A stretch of 63,599 nt of DNA, counting the filler, from Octopus bimaculoides (Eukaryota): assembly GCF_001194135.2 (NCBI RefSeq). It is 5 parts of 4 records of this genome, joined end to end, with 100 filler letters (N's around TTAATTAATTAA, not from the genome) between each part and the next. Parts side by side here need not be neighbours in the genome. Positions count along the whole stretch, not along the records: positions 1 to 19,622 come from NC_068991.1; positions 19,723 to 27,447 come from NC_068984.1; 3 more parts are not named here. One strand, written 5' to 3'. Under the pieces are notes generated by a model. The model saw only the letters and a program-made list of their open reading frames with translations, did not search any database and was not told the DNA's origin. This document shows positions 12,330 through 25,844 of the stretch, piece by piece. Position numbers and translations under genes: made by a program. How positions within the stretch are numbered: the stretch's first letter is position 1; every line of letters starts with the position of its first letter.

Positions 12330-12974
12330 AACATAGTACATTGTACTTGGAAGTAATGTTAGCATACCTATATCTATTATGGTTGTACATCCGAATCGTG
12401 AAACTGATGTAAGTTTAGAAATACCACTAATTGTTCTTTTGATGGGGAACTGTCTTCGCAAAAATGGTTTACAAATGTACTGTGAAGACCTTTATCCAGA
12501 GCAGATATTACATACATTCCATTGCAAATCTTTTTGAAAACAAAGATTTTATGCCCACTGCTCTTCGATTCCAAAACGTAGATACTCTACCTCGTTAGCT
12601 TAGTACAACAGTGATTAAAATTCTAATGACATTGCTTTCAAGTTTCAATGGAGTATTGTTAATTTCGCTAGACTATATCAGGAAGATAGGCAAGATTGTC
12701 GTTTTTATGTACATGAGAGACTATCGAAATTCTGCTGGCAAAGGATGTATTCGATTTAAAAAATGAAGTGATAATTAGCTGCAATCCCAAAATACTCAGA
12801 ACGTTCAACTATTACAGAACTATTACTAAGGTCGATGATTAATGATTAAATCTATAAACTCTCTGACTTAAATCTTATAAAAATAACTCTAACTCAACTC
12901 TCCTTAGCAACTAAAATTCACCTAGAGCTACATCTTGTAGTGCACCTTCCCTTCACCGTTCTAGATTTCAGCCA

Positions 12975-13172
12975 GTAGGCTGCGGCCATGCTGGAGCACC
13001 ACCTTGAAGAGTTTAGTCGAGCAAATCGACCCAAGTATTTATATTTTTAAGTCTCTTAGATATTCTGTCACAATCTTTTGTCGAGCCGCTAGCTTACCGT
13101 GATGTAAACAAACTAACATCGATTGTCAAGCAGTAGCAGGGACAGACACAAAGACAAACACACATACACACA

Positions 13173-13208
<36 letters not shown>

Positions 13209-13308
13209 GGGCTTCTTTGAGTGTCCGTCTACCAAATCCACTCACAAGGCTTTGGTCGGGTCGAGGCTATATTAAGTGATTAGGAAGCAAACTTCTTACC
13301 ACACAGCC
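12975..13308 (-). mobile_element. SINE family S3 (tRNA-like head, internal (TG)n, gactgaaacaagtaaaag tail)
   Basis: The same head-microsatellite-tail order recurs at 46042-46395, 50300-50530 and 62310-62905. Partial copies at 7780-7910, 23515-23968, 58153-58310, 61405-61515 and 61900-62107. Confidence 0.8.
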
Positions 13309-13700
13309 NNNNNNNNNNNNNNNNNNNNNNNNNNNNNNNNNNNNNNNNNNNNNNNNNNNNNNNNNNNNNNNNNNNNNNNNNNNNNNNNNNNNNNNNNNNN
13401 NNNNNNNNNNNNNNNNNNNNNNNNNNNNNNNNNNNNNNNNNNNNNNNNNNNNNNNNNNNNNNNNNNNNNNNNNNNNNNNNNNNNNNNNNNNNNNNNNNNN
13501 NNNNNNNNNNNNNNNNNNNNNNNNNNNNNNNNNNNNNNNNNNNNNNNNNNNNNNNNNNNNNNNNNNNNNNNNNNNNNNNNNNNNNNNNNNNNNNNNNNNN
13601 NNNNNNNNNNNNNNNNNNNNNNNNNNNNNNNNNNNNNNNNNNNNNNNNNNNNNNNNNNNNNNNNNNNNNNNNNNNNNNNNNNTTTTAAATTTGCTGTTTT

Positions 13701-13730
13701 ACCCTAACCCTAACCCTAACCCTAACCCTA
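13701..13730 (+). repeat. Interstitial telomere-type repeat (TAACCC)n
   Basis: About 5 units seen directly. Confidence 0.9.
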
Positions 13731-13790
13731 TCACCGATAGAATTGTTTCAGAATCGTTTGTTTATGTAGTCGGCACTTAATGTATATCGG

Positions 13791-14265
13791 CTGAATGGAC
13801 GTCAGTGATTGGTTGAAATTACAGAAATACGACAACTTTAACATGGAATAACTTATGGATTTCTTTTTTTTTTAAGAAGACTAAGAGAAAAAGATGTTTT
13901 ATATGACACATTCTACCAGTGTTCCAAGTTTCAAAGTGTTTCATTAATGAAAAATGTGGCCCCCGTTTTAAAAAAGATCCGCTTTTTATTCTTTCTGTCT
14001 TCCTCTCATCAATTAAACCAAGATTCGGGGGAATATATAGGGAGAAAAATGAAGTCACAAAATATATTTCGGATCTATTTTAAAATGGGGGCCACATTTT
14101 TCATTAATGTTTTACGTAGTGTTTTTGGTACGGAAAGACTTTCAAACTTCGTATACTTATCTATTTTGTGTTATAGAACAGAAAAATATTTTTGTATTCG
14201 AATTTATTTCATGTAAAAAATTGTCTTATTTCGATAATTTCAACCAATCACTGACAAGTATTCAG
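13791..14265. mobile_element. Non-autonomous element with two nested inverted repeats
   Basis: Outer IR 13791-13821 / 14235-14265 (21-bp perfect core); inner IR 13943-13981 / 14070-14108 (39 bp, 2 mismatches). Confidence 0.7.
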
Positions 14266-14444
14266 TTGTTTACATTTACTCCTTTGGCTGTATATTCTAT
14301 TATGCATATGATTATACAATGAATATACAATGCTAAAACTTTAGCGTTGTATATTGTACTTGGAAGTTGTTGTTTTACACCTGTATTTTTTACATGTAGA
14401 TGATTTGACGTACTGATTTGACATCTTTACAATTACGATTACAG

Positions 14445-14905
14445 GAAATGCCGTTGTAAACATTTTTGCCGTACGAAAATTCGCCGTAAGAAATTTTGCT
14501 GTTGAAAAATTTATCGTATAGGAAAAATCGCCGTAAAAAAAAATATTAAATTGCAAAAAGAAATTGGCTGTTTTCTTACAATAGCAACTTCATCAACAAA
14601 CCTACAAATCAGAGAAAGATAATTTCTTTAAAATGAGTTATCTAATTTACATTCTGCTTGTGTCTCTTTTGATACATATTTCTGTGCAAGTAAGAGACGA
14701 AATGCTTCGATACAATCGGCAGCAAAAAGTACATTATTTGCGCAGTATTGCTTGGAAATTTCGAGACATTTTAAATGACCTCATCAAGTTTTTTTTAGTG
14801 TTTCACGTTGAATAAAAACTTGCCTATTTAATGCTCTTATATCATTGTTGATATAATACACCATACGGCGAATTTGTCCCGCAGCGAATTTGTTCTACGG
14901 TGGTT
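14445..14905 (+). mobile_element. Internally deleted MULE-like DNA transposon
   Basis: Ends built from repeated aaattcgccgta motifs in inverted orientation; internal ORF ends ...KVHYLRSIAWKF, resembling MULE transposase C-termini. Confidence 0.45.
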
Positions 14906-15229
14906 ACAGAAAACACATTTTACTCTCGTGTTGCAACAGAAGCCGGCCATTTGATCTTGAACCCAAAAATTCTGTTTGCTTCTTAGATAAATTCAAACTA
15001 TGAAATAGGTCATTTAGATTTCTTTGTGATGGTAAATGTGATTTATTAGAAGAACAAGTAGCCTGGAATGTTGAATCAGAGGAGACTTTTCTATCATTAT
15101 AAGCTCCAGCTTCGTTTGATTGCTCATAACTTAAAGTAAAATACTCAAAATGTTTTAGTACCGGAAGTTTAGCGTTGCTGGGGAATTTGGTAGATTAGGG
15201 TATTTAATTAAACTCTTTATTTTTGAAGT

Positions 15230-15740
15230 GATCCTTTTTGTACTTACAAGGCAGAGACAACTTAGTTGCGTGACCTTAGCTTTACTTCAAAGAGGAGTAA
15301 ATAAAAATATTGACACCAACTGTTTAGCTACACTATTGCTAGATATTGACATAGCAGAGAAAAAGTGGGAGAGGCCTAACTATTATTGTTATTACCGTCA
15401 TTACATGCGAAATAAAGTCTTTATCAATTTTTTAACTGATGGTGTAGCTACGGTAAGGAGCAGAAAGAAGGATGATTCTGCAGTATGTTAAATCATTTAC
15501 ATGTACAGGATTCGGGCGCAAAACAACAAAGGGCAATACACAAGCTGATAGCACTGTTCCATTTACACACAAACTGACTTATGGTTGCTCAAAATACAAA
15601 CCACTAAATAAGCTCATGTCTGAACAGGTCTAAACATGTTTCAATCTCCACAGTCTACCGTCCAGACCAAATTTATCTTGCCAACAATATCAGAACTTTC
15701 TCGATAATGGATTGAATTAACTTAATATATAAAATCAATG
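15230..15740 (+). mobile_element. Decayed LINE apurinic-endonuclease remnant
   Basis: PNYYCYYR...DGVATV and STVYRP resemble APE-domain motifs. Confidence 0.4.
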
Positions 15741-15760
15741 CCGCACACACAAACACAAAG

Positions 15761-15793
<33 letters not shown>

Positions 15794-15899
15794 CGCACGC
15801 ACGCACACACATACACACATCTACTAATATATATATATATATATAACTTTTACAAGACGCGTGGTGACAGTGACTTGCTAGTCTTTGTCGGACTACCCG

Positions 15900-16255
15900 A
15901 CGAAGGATACGAAGGATAAACTTAGATATGTTTCGACCAAAGATTGGTCCAGGCCATGTTTAACTTAATAGCACCACCTGATAGGATTATTTAAATCCTT
16001 TTTAAGTCAAGTTTTGTTTATGGTCTATTCAAGTAGTGAGTTCTTGTTGAGTGAGTTGTATCCAAGTATGGGTGGCTTATCTGGTATTCCTTGAAGAAAT
16101 CTATCCAGACTCCGTTTAAAGCTGATAGGATCCTTTTCCTCTTTTATCTGTTTTGGGACAATGTTAAACAGGGCAGGGCCTGTTGAGGAAAAGAAATTAT
16201 GCCGCAGTGTACCTATATGTTGTGATCCTGAATTGGGCAGGGGACGTATGGCCCC
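15900..16255 (-). mobile_element. CR1/L2-group LINE 3' end
   Basis: 16252 to 16025 reads TLRHNFFSSTGPALFNIVPKQIK...FKRSLDRFLQGIPDKP..GY...NSLLE*, followed by a 3' UTR. Confidence 0.8.
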
Positions 16256-16713
16256 GAAACTTTATAGTTATTATCAGTACTATTCTTGTAAGAGTATATG
16301 TACTTTAAAGAAAGTATTGAATAATACTTCAGTTTAGTATAAAATTGTTTTTATTATAACTCGATATAAAAACAAATGTTAAAATTTGTTTGAGAGTGAA
16401 AAAAATTATTATTGTAATCTTAATATGAAATATGTTTTAAATGTTTTTTTATCCAGTGATTCTGCTAAAAGAGGGGGAAAATAAACATCGTGTAAGCAGC
16501 ATAAGAATGAGTTGAAGTTATATTTAAATTCAGCGAACGAGAATGAACAACGCTTTCGTCACGACACTTATGCTAAAATTGGTGCTATCCGCTATGGTTA
16601 CCCTAAACGTGACACATCTCATTTATATTGTGATATTTCATTCTCTTTTTAATCGTCCTTGCACAAGAATTTTCGATATAACTGCGAAACGTTTATCCAT
16701 ATAACACGCACTC

Positions 16714-16762
<49 letters not shown>

Positions 16763-16785
16763 TACACATATATATGATACATAGA

Positions 16786-16847
<62 letters not shown>

Positions 16848-17229
16848 CATACATACATACATGCATACATATGTTGTAGTGCAGCTGAGCACTGTATACA
16901 ATAATTTCATTATTATTATTGTTATTTCATATGTACATATATGTACATATATATATATATACGAGTGGACAAATGGAAAAAACTAAGGAGAAAGTTACTC
17001 AGCACATTTAGTAAAAGTTGTAAGAGTTACATGTATCGTTATTTAAAACAGTTTGATTCGGCTTAAAATAGACACTGGGATCGTTTCATTCGACTAAAAA
17101 TTTTCAAGGAGATGCTTCAGTTTAATGACTGAAACAAGTAAAAGATAAAAGATAAAAGATACATACACACATGATGTAATCGACTGTCGCCTACCCTAAA
17201 GTTTCATGCTTTGTGCCTATAGTAGAAAG

Positions 17230-17487
<258 letters not shown>

Positions 17488-17994
17488 TCCAAAATTACTT
17501 GCATCTCACTTTTATGATGGCATTTAGGCGGGTTTACTATTGGATTCAAGTTACCACCTGTGACCTCACCCCTCAAAGAACTTTTGAATGATCTTCGCCG
17601 CTCCTAACAAAGACGCCAGTTCTATATGTACTTCATGTGCTTTTGCAAGCTAATCTCTGTTCACTCCTTGAGCTAATCTTCTCTGTTCACTTCTTCCGTC
17701 GTACCTAAAGTCCCAATGGAAAATGGTACACCCTCACTTTTTCTGTAACCCACTATCTTCTTACCTCTATGTTCAGGATCTGGTATATATCTACCTTGTT
17801 GATTTCTTTTTCTGTTATTCTTGTATCATTATTCTTTCAATGGCCAGATCACATCAATTATGTTGTAAGTCCGTTCCCGCTTCTCAAATACTAAGATATC
17901 TGGTTTATTATGCTCTACGAAATGATACGTTTGAGTAAGAAAGTCCCAAAGAAATGTAAACTCATCATTCTCATTCTATTATTATTATTATTAT

Positions 17995-18550
17995 TATTAT
18001 TGAGTGAGAGAGCAGAGCATGCCATCAAAGTGACACTGGGGTAAAATATACGAAGCCCAATATATCCATCATGACAACCCGTCTGATAAGGGTACATCAG
18101 GCACATGCATCACAACCATATGTGCGCGACATGGTGACCTCATATCAAGATAAACAGCGCTTGACCTCGCAGGTGGGGCCCAGTCAGAATTTCTTCAGGT
18201 CGAGTAGCCCATNNNNNNNNNNNNNNNNNNNNNNNNNNNNNNNNNNNNNNNNNNNNNNNNNNNNNNNNNNNNNNNNNNNNNNNNNNNNNNNNNNNNNNNN
18301 NNNNNNNNNNNNNNNNNNNNNNNNNNNNNNNNNNNNNNNNNNNNNNNNNNNNNNNNNNNCATATCGTCAGCCACCAAGGGACATGCTCAACTGGTTAAGG
18401 TCAAACAACTGACAAGCAAATCTGTGGTATTAAGCAGAATATTTGTTGTAGCTCATCTTTTATAACAAGACAAATCAATGTACATGATAACACTTCCAAT
18501 CAATTAAAATCAGAAGCCATGAGAGTCACTGCCTGGTACTGCATCCGGGC

Positions 18551-18560
<10 letters not shown>
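17995..18560. mobile_element. Unclassified ~560-bp interspersed repeat embedded in (AAT)n, interrupted by a gap
   Basis: Reverse complement of 51010-51550; both copies are flanked by (AAT/ATT)n. Confidence 0.75.
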
Positions 18561-18610
<50 letters not shown>

Positions 18611-18614
<4 letters not shown>

Positions 18615-18740
18615 TAAAACCGTTTGATTCGGGCCAATGCAACTTAAAGTTTCCTAGACTCCTCACAGAAATCTAGCTTGTCGGACACAGACGTCCGAAT
18701 GGAGAGATGTAGAACTCTCGAATCAAACCGTTTTAAATAA
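18611..18740. mobile_element. MITE with ~22-bp TIRs
   Basis: tatttaaaaccgtttgattcg ... cgaatcaaaccgttttaaata; solo left ends at about 17040 and 62958. The target duplication is ambiguous (TA or TTAA). Confidence 0.7.
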
Positions 18741-19369
18741 TAATATTCGTAACTCCTACAAGATTTGATGAGTGCCTCTTTCCTTCATTTATCCACTTAC
18801 CCGTATTTGCAGGAACAAGCAGATAATGGCGGAATGGACATACTGTCCTGTTTCGCTCTTGCAGATTGCAATTAATTCTCCGGCAGCGTTTAGATTCGTA
18901 ACGTTGTTGAGATCGCTGAATTAAATGGTAATACTCAGGTGTCGAAACCATAATGATATCCATTTGGCAGCTGATGATGGAAATACATATTCTATGTGCT
19001 TCTTTGTGGATTTTCATATCTTAGTATCATTATTCTGAATCCTCCATTCTCGTAAAGTGGAAAGTGCTTATGGATTCATAACATATGGAGATTACTTACC
19101 TTGATATTTCAACATATCAAAAGTTAAGAAGAAATGTGCTTACGTTCTTATATTTCTCTCACACATAGATATTTTAATATTTAAATTCATTTAGGTCCTT
19201 CTCTTGTAACAAGCAGATAGTGATGTAATGGATATGCTATGTTAACATTTCACTCCTGCTGATTACTATTGATTCCCAGGCAACGTTTATGTTTGTGTGT
19301 GTGAATGTGTGCGTGTGTATGTGTGTGTACATACATACATACATACATACATACATACATACATACATT

Positions 19370-19622
19370 ATGCTGAAGAAGTCTGAAGGGTATCTAATTG
19401 GAACGCAGGCAAACAGAAACTCCAAAATTACGCACTGCTTCTTTGTCGATGATTTGAAATTGTATGCCAAGAACATGGATGATATGAAAAAAAGCCTCGA
19501 CCTGGTCACAACATTTTCTGGTGATGTAGGACTAGAGTTTGGTCAAGATAAATGTTCATATATGGTTGTGGAACGAGGAAAGGCTAAAAACCACCCTAAC
19601 AATATCTCCATCAATGGCCTAT
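19370..19622 (+). mobile_element. R4/Dong-clade LINE reverse transcriptase fragment
   Basis: ITHCFFVDDLKLYAK...FSGDVGLEFGQDKC; the RT catalytic DD and LKLYA motifs are typical of this clade. Confidence 0.85.
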
Positions 19623-20269
19623 NNNNNNNNNNNNNNNNNNNNNNNNNNNNNNNNNNNNNNNNNNNNTTAATTAATTAANNNNNNNNNNNNNNNNNNNNNN
19701 NNNNNNNNNNNNNNNNNNNNNNCTCCACCACCACCACAACCATCACAACCACTACCACAATCGGCACCACCACAACCACCACCAAAACCACCACCACTAC
19801 CACAACAACACTACTGTAACCACCTCCTCTACAATCATCTCAATCACCACCACCACCACCACTACCACCTCCACCACCACCACAACCATCACAACCACTA
19901 CCACAATCGGCACCACCACAACCACCACCAAAACCACCACCACTACCACAACAACACCACTGTAACCACCTCCTCTACAACCATCTCAATCACCACTACC
20001 ACCACCCACCCCCATCATCACCACCGCCACCACCACCACCGCCACCACTACCATTAACTCTGCTAGAGTGTTGGAATAAACACATTTGAGAGCAATGCTT
20101 GTATATGTAAAACATACATTAATCTACGACCAGGTTCTCAATTCAAAAGAAACCATTTCTGAGATCGTTCCTATGTCAGTGTTGTTGATCATTGTGGTTG
20201 CTTTTTATTGTTGTTCATCTTGTTGTCGTTGTTGTTCTTTGTGGTGAGATCTTTCATAATCATTCTGTC

Positions 20270-20332
<63 letters not shown>

Positions 20333-21668
20333 TTATTATTATTATTATGTTGTTATCTTTAAAACCATTTCTCTGTGTGTATGTATGTGTATATATATAT
20401 ATATNNNNNNNNNNNNNNNNNNNNNNNNNNNNNNNNNNNNNNNNNNNNNNNNNNNNNNNNNNNNNNNNNNNNNNNNNNNNNNNNNNNNNNNNNNNNNNNN
20501 NNNNNNNNNNNNNNNNNNNNNNNNNNNNNNNNNNNNNNNNNNNNNNNNNNNNNNNNNNNNNNNNNNNNNNNNNNNNNNNNNNNNNNNNNNNNNNNNNNNN
20601 NNNNNNNNNNNNNNNNNNNNNNNNNNNNNNNNNNNNNNNNNNNNNNNNNNNNNNNNNNNNNNNNNNNNNNNNNNNNNNNNNNNNNNNNNNNNNNNNNNNN
20701 NNNNNNNNNNNNNNNNNNNNNNNNNNNNNNNNNNNNNNNNNNNNNNNNNNNNNNNNNNNNNNNNNNNNNNNNNNNNNNNNNNNNNNNNNNNNNNNNNNNN
20801 NNNNNNNNNNNNNNNNNNNNNNNNNNNNNNNNNNNNNNNNNNNNNNNNNNNNNNNNNNNNNNNNNNNNNNNNNNNNNNNNNNNNNNNNNNNNNNNNNNNN
20901 NNNNNNNNNNNNNNNNNNNNNNNNNNNNNNNNNNNNNNNNNNNNNNNNNNNNNNNNNNNNNNNNNNNNNNNNNNNNNNNNNNNNNNNNNNNNNNNNNNNN
21001 NNNNNNNNNNNNNNNNNNNNNNNNNNNNNNNNNNNNNNNNNNNNNNNNNNNNNNNNNNNNNNNNNNNNNNNNNNNNNNNNNNNNNNNNNNNNNNNNNNNN
21101 NNNNNNNNNNNNNNNNNNNNNNNNNNNNNNNNNNNNNNNNNNNNNNNNNNNNNNNNNNNNNNNNNNNNNNNNNNNNNNNNNNNNNNNNNNNNNNNNNNNN
21201 NNNNNNNNNNNNNNNNNNNNNNNNNNNNNNNNNNNNNNNNNNNNNNNNNNNNCACACACACACTTGCCTGCCAATTTTGCCTTTTTCGACTCTCTAATTA
21301 CAAAACATGCTATTTTACCATACACTGGCAACTAAATGCCACAGTCTGCTGCATAACCCTTCCCCTCGAACTTCCCCCACTCCACCCCCGAAACAACCAA
21401 ACAACCACCACCTCCGACACACCGCTACCACCAGTAACAAATGCATCAACACTAACACCACCGCCAACACTTCTGCTGTCATACCTCTGCTCTCAGAACG
21501 GAGCCTCACCCTCTCCTATCCCATCCAACCCACCTGCACCCCAGCTCATGTACACACATACACACACATGCACACGCATGCACACATGTCCACATACAAA
21601 TGTATATACATATATATATATATATGTATATATATGTATATATATATGTATATGTATGTATATATGTA

Positions 21669-21739
<71 letters not shown>

Positions 21740-22227
21740 ATACACACACACATATATAAATATATGTACATACACGCATACAGACCCATGTACACAAACA
21801 CGAAATTTTGTCTGGTGACTTTTCCATTAAGTTAATTCTGAAAATCAATATGACTTTCATTTAAAAATTCCAAACATGTATTAAGAACGAAAGAAAGAAT
21901 GAATGAAAGATAAAATAAAGCGAGGGTACCATGAGGAGGAAGAGAGGGGGAGGAGGAAGAGAGGAGGAGGAGGAAGAGGAAGAGACAGGGCAAATGTAAT
22001 TGATAATGATGATGACGACGACGATGAGGTTGAGGCAAATGATGATGATGGTGATCTAGATGAAGGTGGTGGTGGTGATGTTGGTGGTGGTGGTGGCAGA
22101 GGTGGTGATGATGATGACCGTGACGACATTGATGACGATGATGATAATGATTATGATGGTGCTGCTGATGCTCATGATGATGATGACGACGACAACGATG
22201 ATGATGGCGATGATGATGATGATGATC

Positions 22228-22690
22228 ATCATCATCATCATCGTTTAACGTCCGCTTTCCATGCTAGCATGGGTTGGACGATTTGACTGAGGACTGGTGA
22301 AACCGGATGGCAACACCAGGCTCCAGTCTAATTTGGCAGAGTTTCTACAGCTGGATGCCCTTCCTAACGCCAACCACTCAGAGTGTGTAGTGGGTGCTTT
22401 TACGTGTCACCCGCACGAAAACGGCCACGCTCGAAATGGTGTCTTTTATGTGCCACCCGCACAAGCCAGTCCAGGGGCACTGGCAACGATCTCGCTCGAA
22501 AATCCTACGGGAGCCAGTCAGGCGGTACTGGCAACGGCCACGCTCAAAATGGTGCATCTCATGTGCCACCCGCACAAGAACCAGTCCAGGGGCACTGGCA
22601 ACGATCTTACTTGGCTTGCCGGGTCTTCTCACGCACAGCACATTTCCAAAGGTCTCGGTCAGTAGTCATTGCCTCGGTGAGGCCCAATGT
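22228..22690 (-). mobile_element. SINE family S5 with RTE-like (GAT)n tail and an internal ~110-bp duplication
   Basis: gcatggaaagcggacgttaaacgatgatg tail on the minus strand; related copies at 23755-23888, 24480-24675, 25650-25705 and 41755-41838. Confidence 0.75.
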
Positions 22691-23049
22691 ACGAAGGTCT
22701 TGATGATGACGACGACAATGATGGTGGTGGTGTTGGTGTTGGTAAGGGTGTAAACAATGACAATGAGAATTATGATGGTGATGATGATGATGATGGTGGT
22801 GGTTGTGATGATGATGATGATGATATGATGGTGATGATGAAACTGAGTGTGATATTTACAATGTTGATGATAATAATCATGATGATGACAATGATGATGA
22901 GGACAAGGAAGAGGATGACAATGATGACAACGATAATGATAATGATGNNNNNNNNNNAATGATGACAACGATAATGATAATGATGACGAAGGTGACAGTG
23001 ATAACAACATGAAGGGTGACAATAATGATGATGATGATGATGATGACAT

Positions 23050-23465
23050 ACAAGGTGCATTCAAAAAGTATCCAATTTTATTTTTACCTACAAAAACTAA
23101 TGCCACATGGGCAAAATCCTTTGGGTGGGATGTGGCACCACCCTTGCTGTACATTTTCGCACCAGCAGGTTATGTCAATTCCCAGCTGTTATGCCAAGAG
23201 TACCGATGTGTAGTGCACACTCATCAGATTAATTTTTGTTTCAGCATGGTTTTCAGAAAGTGGGCACATTGTCAAGGTAAAGTTGCCAATTGTTTCCCAC
23301 TTACATGTCTGGCCGCTTTCGACAGTCAGCATCTCAAAGGTGGCATATAACCTCCAGGTAATATTCCTTATTGATTGTTTGGTCTTCTGGGGCATATTCA
23401 CAATGCACAATACCACAAGAGACAAATAAACAGGTGAATATTACCTTCACATCACCATTGTAGAT
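23050..23465 (-). pseudogene. Decayed mariner transposase fragment with TIR
   Basis: KVIFTCLFVSCGIVHCEYAPEDQTINKEYYLEV...RKRPDM*..NWQLYLDNVP; TIR-like tacaaggtgcattcaaaaagtatcc at 23050. Confidence 0.85.
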
Positions 23466-24379
23466 GATGATGATGATCATGAAGATTTTAGACCAGTGGT
23501 TCTTAACCATTTTTTACCAACTCTCTCTTTTACTCTTTTACTTGTTTCAGTCATTTGACTGCCGCTATGCTGAAGCACCACCTTTAGTCGAGAAAATCGA
23601 CCCCAGGACTTATTCATTGTAAGCCTAGTACTTATTCTATCGGTCTCTTTTTGCCGAACCGCTAGGTTACGGGGATGTAAACACACCAGCATCGGTTGTC
23701 AAGCGATGGTGGTGGGGACAAACACAGACACACAAACACACATACATATATATCATCATTGTTTAACGTCCGCTTTCCATGCTAGCATGGGTTGGACGAT
23801 TTGACTGAGGACTGGTGAAACCGGATGGCAACACCAGGCTCCAATCTAATTTGGCAGAGTTTCTACAGCTGGATGCCCTTCCTAACGCNNNNNNNNNNGC
23901 CACGCAGTGGGACTGAACCTGCAACCATGTGGTTGGTAAGCAAGCTACTTACCACACAGCCACTCCTGCACCTTGGACTCCATTGATTACTATTTTATTC
24001 TGGTGAACTCCCATAGCCATTCAATGTTTAAAACCTAATTTTATAGAAATTTCTTTCAAAATTCCCATTTTGTTTGACATACATTAACTTGTGTAGGTCG
24101 AACTATGTAAAATGTTTGAGAAAAGAAACCTACCTGTTTTTTTTTTAAATCCATACCACTACATACATCTAAAGCAAAATATTCTCGGGGATCCTTAAAA
24201 TACTATTGTGGCTCCCCAATTTACTATTTTGTTGCATAGATCCCCAAAATTCTTATATGAACTCCACAGGGTCCATATAGACCTCTGAAGGTCCATATAG
24301 AACCACTATTTTAGACAGTAAATAGCTATAGCAATAATAAAAAAATTTTAGACACATACACATTCTCAAAGAATAGATC

Positions 24380-25050
24380 AGTGTTTCTTGACTATTTTAT
24401 TTTTCTTATAACCCCTTTGATTCTTATTTCACTCAGATAGACCTTCTTAACCATTTGATCTTTAAAAAAATCTTATTATCATCATCTTCATCATCGTTTA
24501 ACGTTTGCTTTCTATGCTGGCATGGGTTGGACAGTTTGACTGAGGACTGGCAAGCCAGAAGGCTGCAACAGGCTCCAATCTAAATCTGGCAAGGTTTCTA
24601 CAGCTGGATGCCCTTCCTAAAGCCAAAATACTCTGAAAGTGTAGTGGGTACGTTTTACGTCCACTGGCACAGGAGCCTCGGAATTATTAAGGTGGCGAGC
24701 TGGCAAAATCATTAACACACTAGGCAGAATTGCTTGGCAGCATTTCACCTGTTTTTACGTTCTGAGTTCAAATTCTGCCAAGGTCAAATTTACCTTTCAT
24801 CCTTTTGGGCTCAATAAAATAAGTACCAGTTGAACACTGGGGTCAACACTATTGATTTATACCCTTCCAGTGACATTGCTGGCCTTGTACCAAAATTTGA
24901 AATGAATATTACTGGGAATAGTCTAGACAAAATTGTTAAGATATTTTCTGTATAGTAAGAAGCATAACCAATTTATTGCAGATAAATTTTAACAACAAAA
25001 TCTTATATGGCCCCCACAAGGGCCATATGGACCCTCGTTGAGAACTAGTG
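24380..25050. mobile_element. hAT MITE family B split by nested S5 and S1 SINE insertions
   Basis: Left and right parts match 6870-7120 and bracket two SINEs. A similarly interrupted copy spans about 23493-24310. Confidence 0.6.
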
Positions 25051-25223
25051 GTAAGAATAGATTGGCCTTGAGGCTATAGAAAGTCACAGGTATGGGATGT
25101 TTTGGTGTTGCTGTTTTGTCATTGCCAATTAGATGTCACTGATTTGAGATTGACATATTTGATGTTAGACATTTGAAAGTTTCTCTTGTTTCAATGTTTG
25201 TCTCATTGTCTCACTCTTTCTCC

Positions 25224-25260
<37 letters not shown>

Positions 25261-25844
25261 ACCCCCTTGCCTCTGCCCATCTCCCAGGCTTTATCCCTTT
25301 CTCCCCCTCTTTTTCCCCCTATCTATACCCTTCTCTATCCCCTCCCCCTCCCTTCCCTTCTCCCCCTCTCCCTCTCCATCCTCTTCTCATCTTCTCTCTC
25401 TCCCCCTCTCATCTCCCCATTTCTCTCCCCCACTCATCTCCTCTCTCTCTCTCCCTTCTTTTTCCTCTCTTTTCCCTTCTCTTCTCCCCTCTTTCTTCTC
25501 TCTCACCCCTTTGTTTATGTGTCAGTATCTTGTTATGTTTGTATGTATGTGTAATTTCTCTTTCTTCCTCTCTCTCTCTCTCTCTCTCTCTCACTCTATC
25601 TATCTATATATCTATCTATCTGTGTAGGCATGTGAGCATTTAGCCATCATCATCATCATCATCATTTAACGTCAGCTTTCTATGCTGGCATGGGTTGGAC
25701 ATTTTGATAGGAAACTACCAAATTGCAGAGTTGCATTGAACTGAAGTGTCATCGTTGGGATGTTTTCCTGATGATGATGAAAAAGAAGAGGAGCTTGGAG
25801 TGAAAAAGGGGTGAAAACATGAAGAGAAAGAAAGAAAATGTTTT

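Noticed and set aside
15228-15491. 87-aa ORF with a strong ACG|gtaagg donor at 15453
   Set aside because: The peptide and neighbouring sequence resemble a LINE endonuclease remnant, and it is not needed for phase continuity of the gene.
19667-19678. ttaattaattaa islands inside N runs (also 27492-27503, 41395-41406, 62152-62163)
   Set aside because: An identical 12-mer with stops in all six frames, always centred in gaps, is a scaffolding linker rather than biology.
19723-20070. Thr-rich mucin-like stretch as a possible aGPCR stalk exon
   Set aside because: It is a 146-nt tandem duplication (not a multiple of 3) with a TAA in the Thr frame of each unit.
21493-23060. Poly-IY, HT, VC, D and H ORFs here and elsewhere
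   Set aside because: Translations of di-, tri- and tetranucleotide microsatellites, with no splice signals or protein-like complexity.
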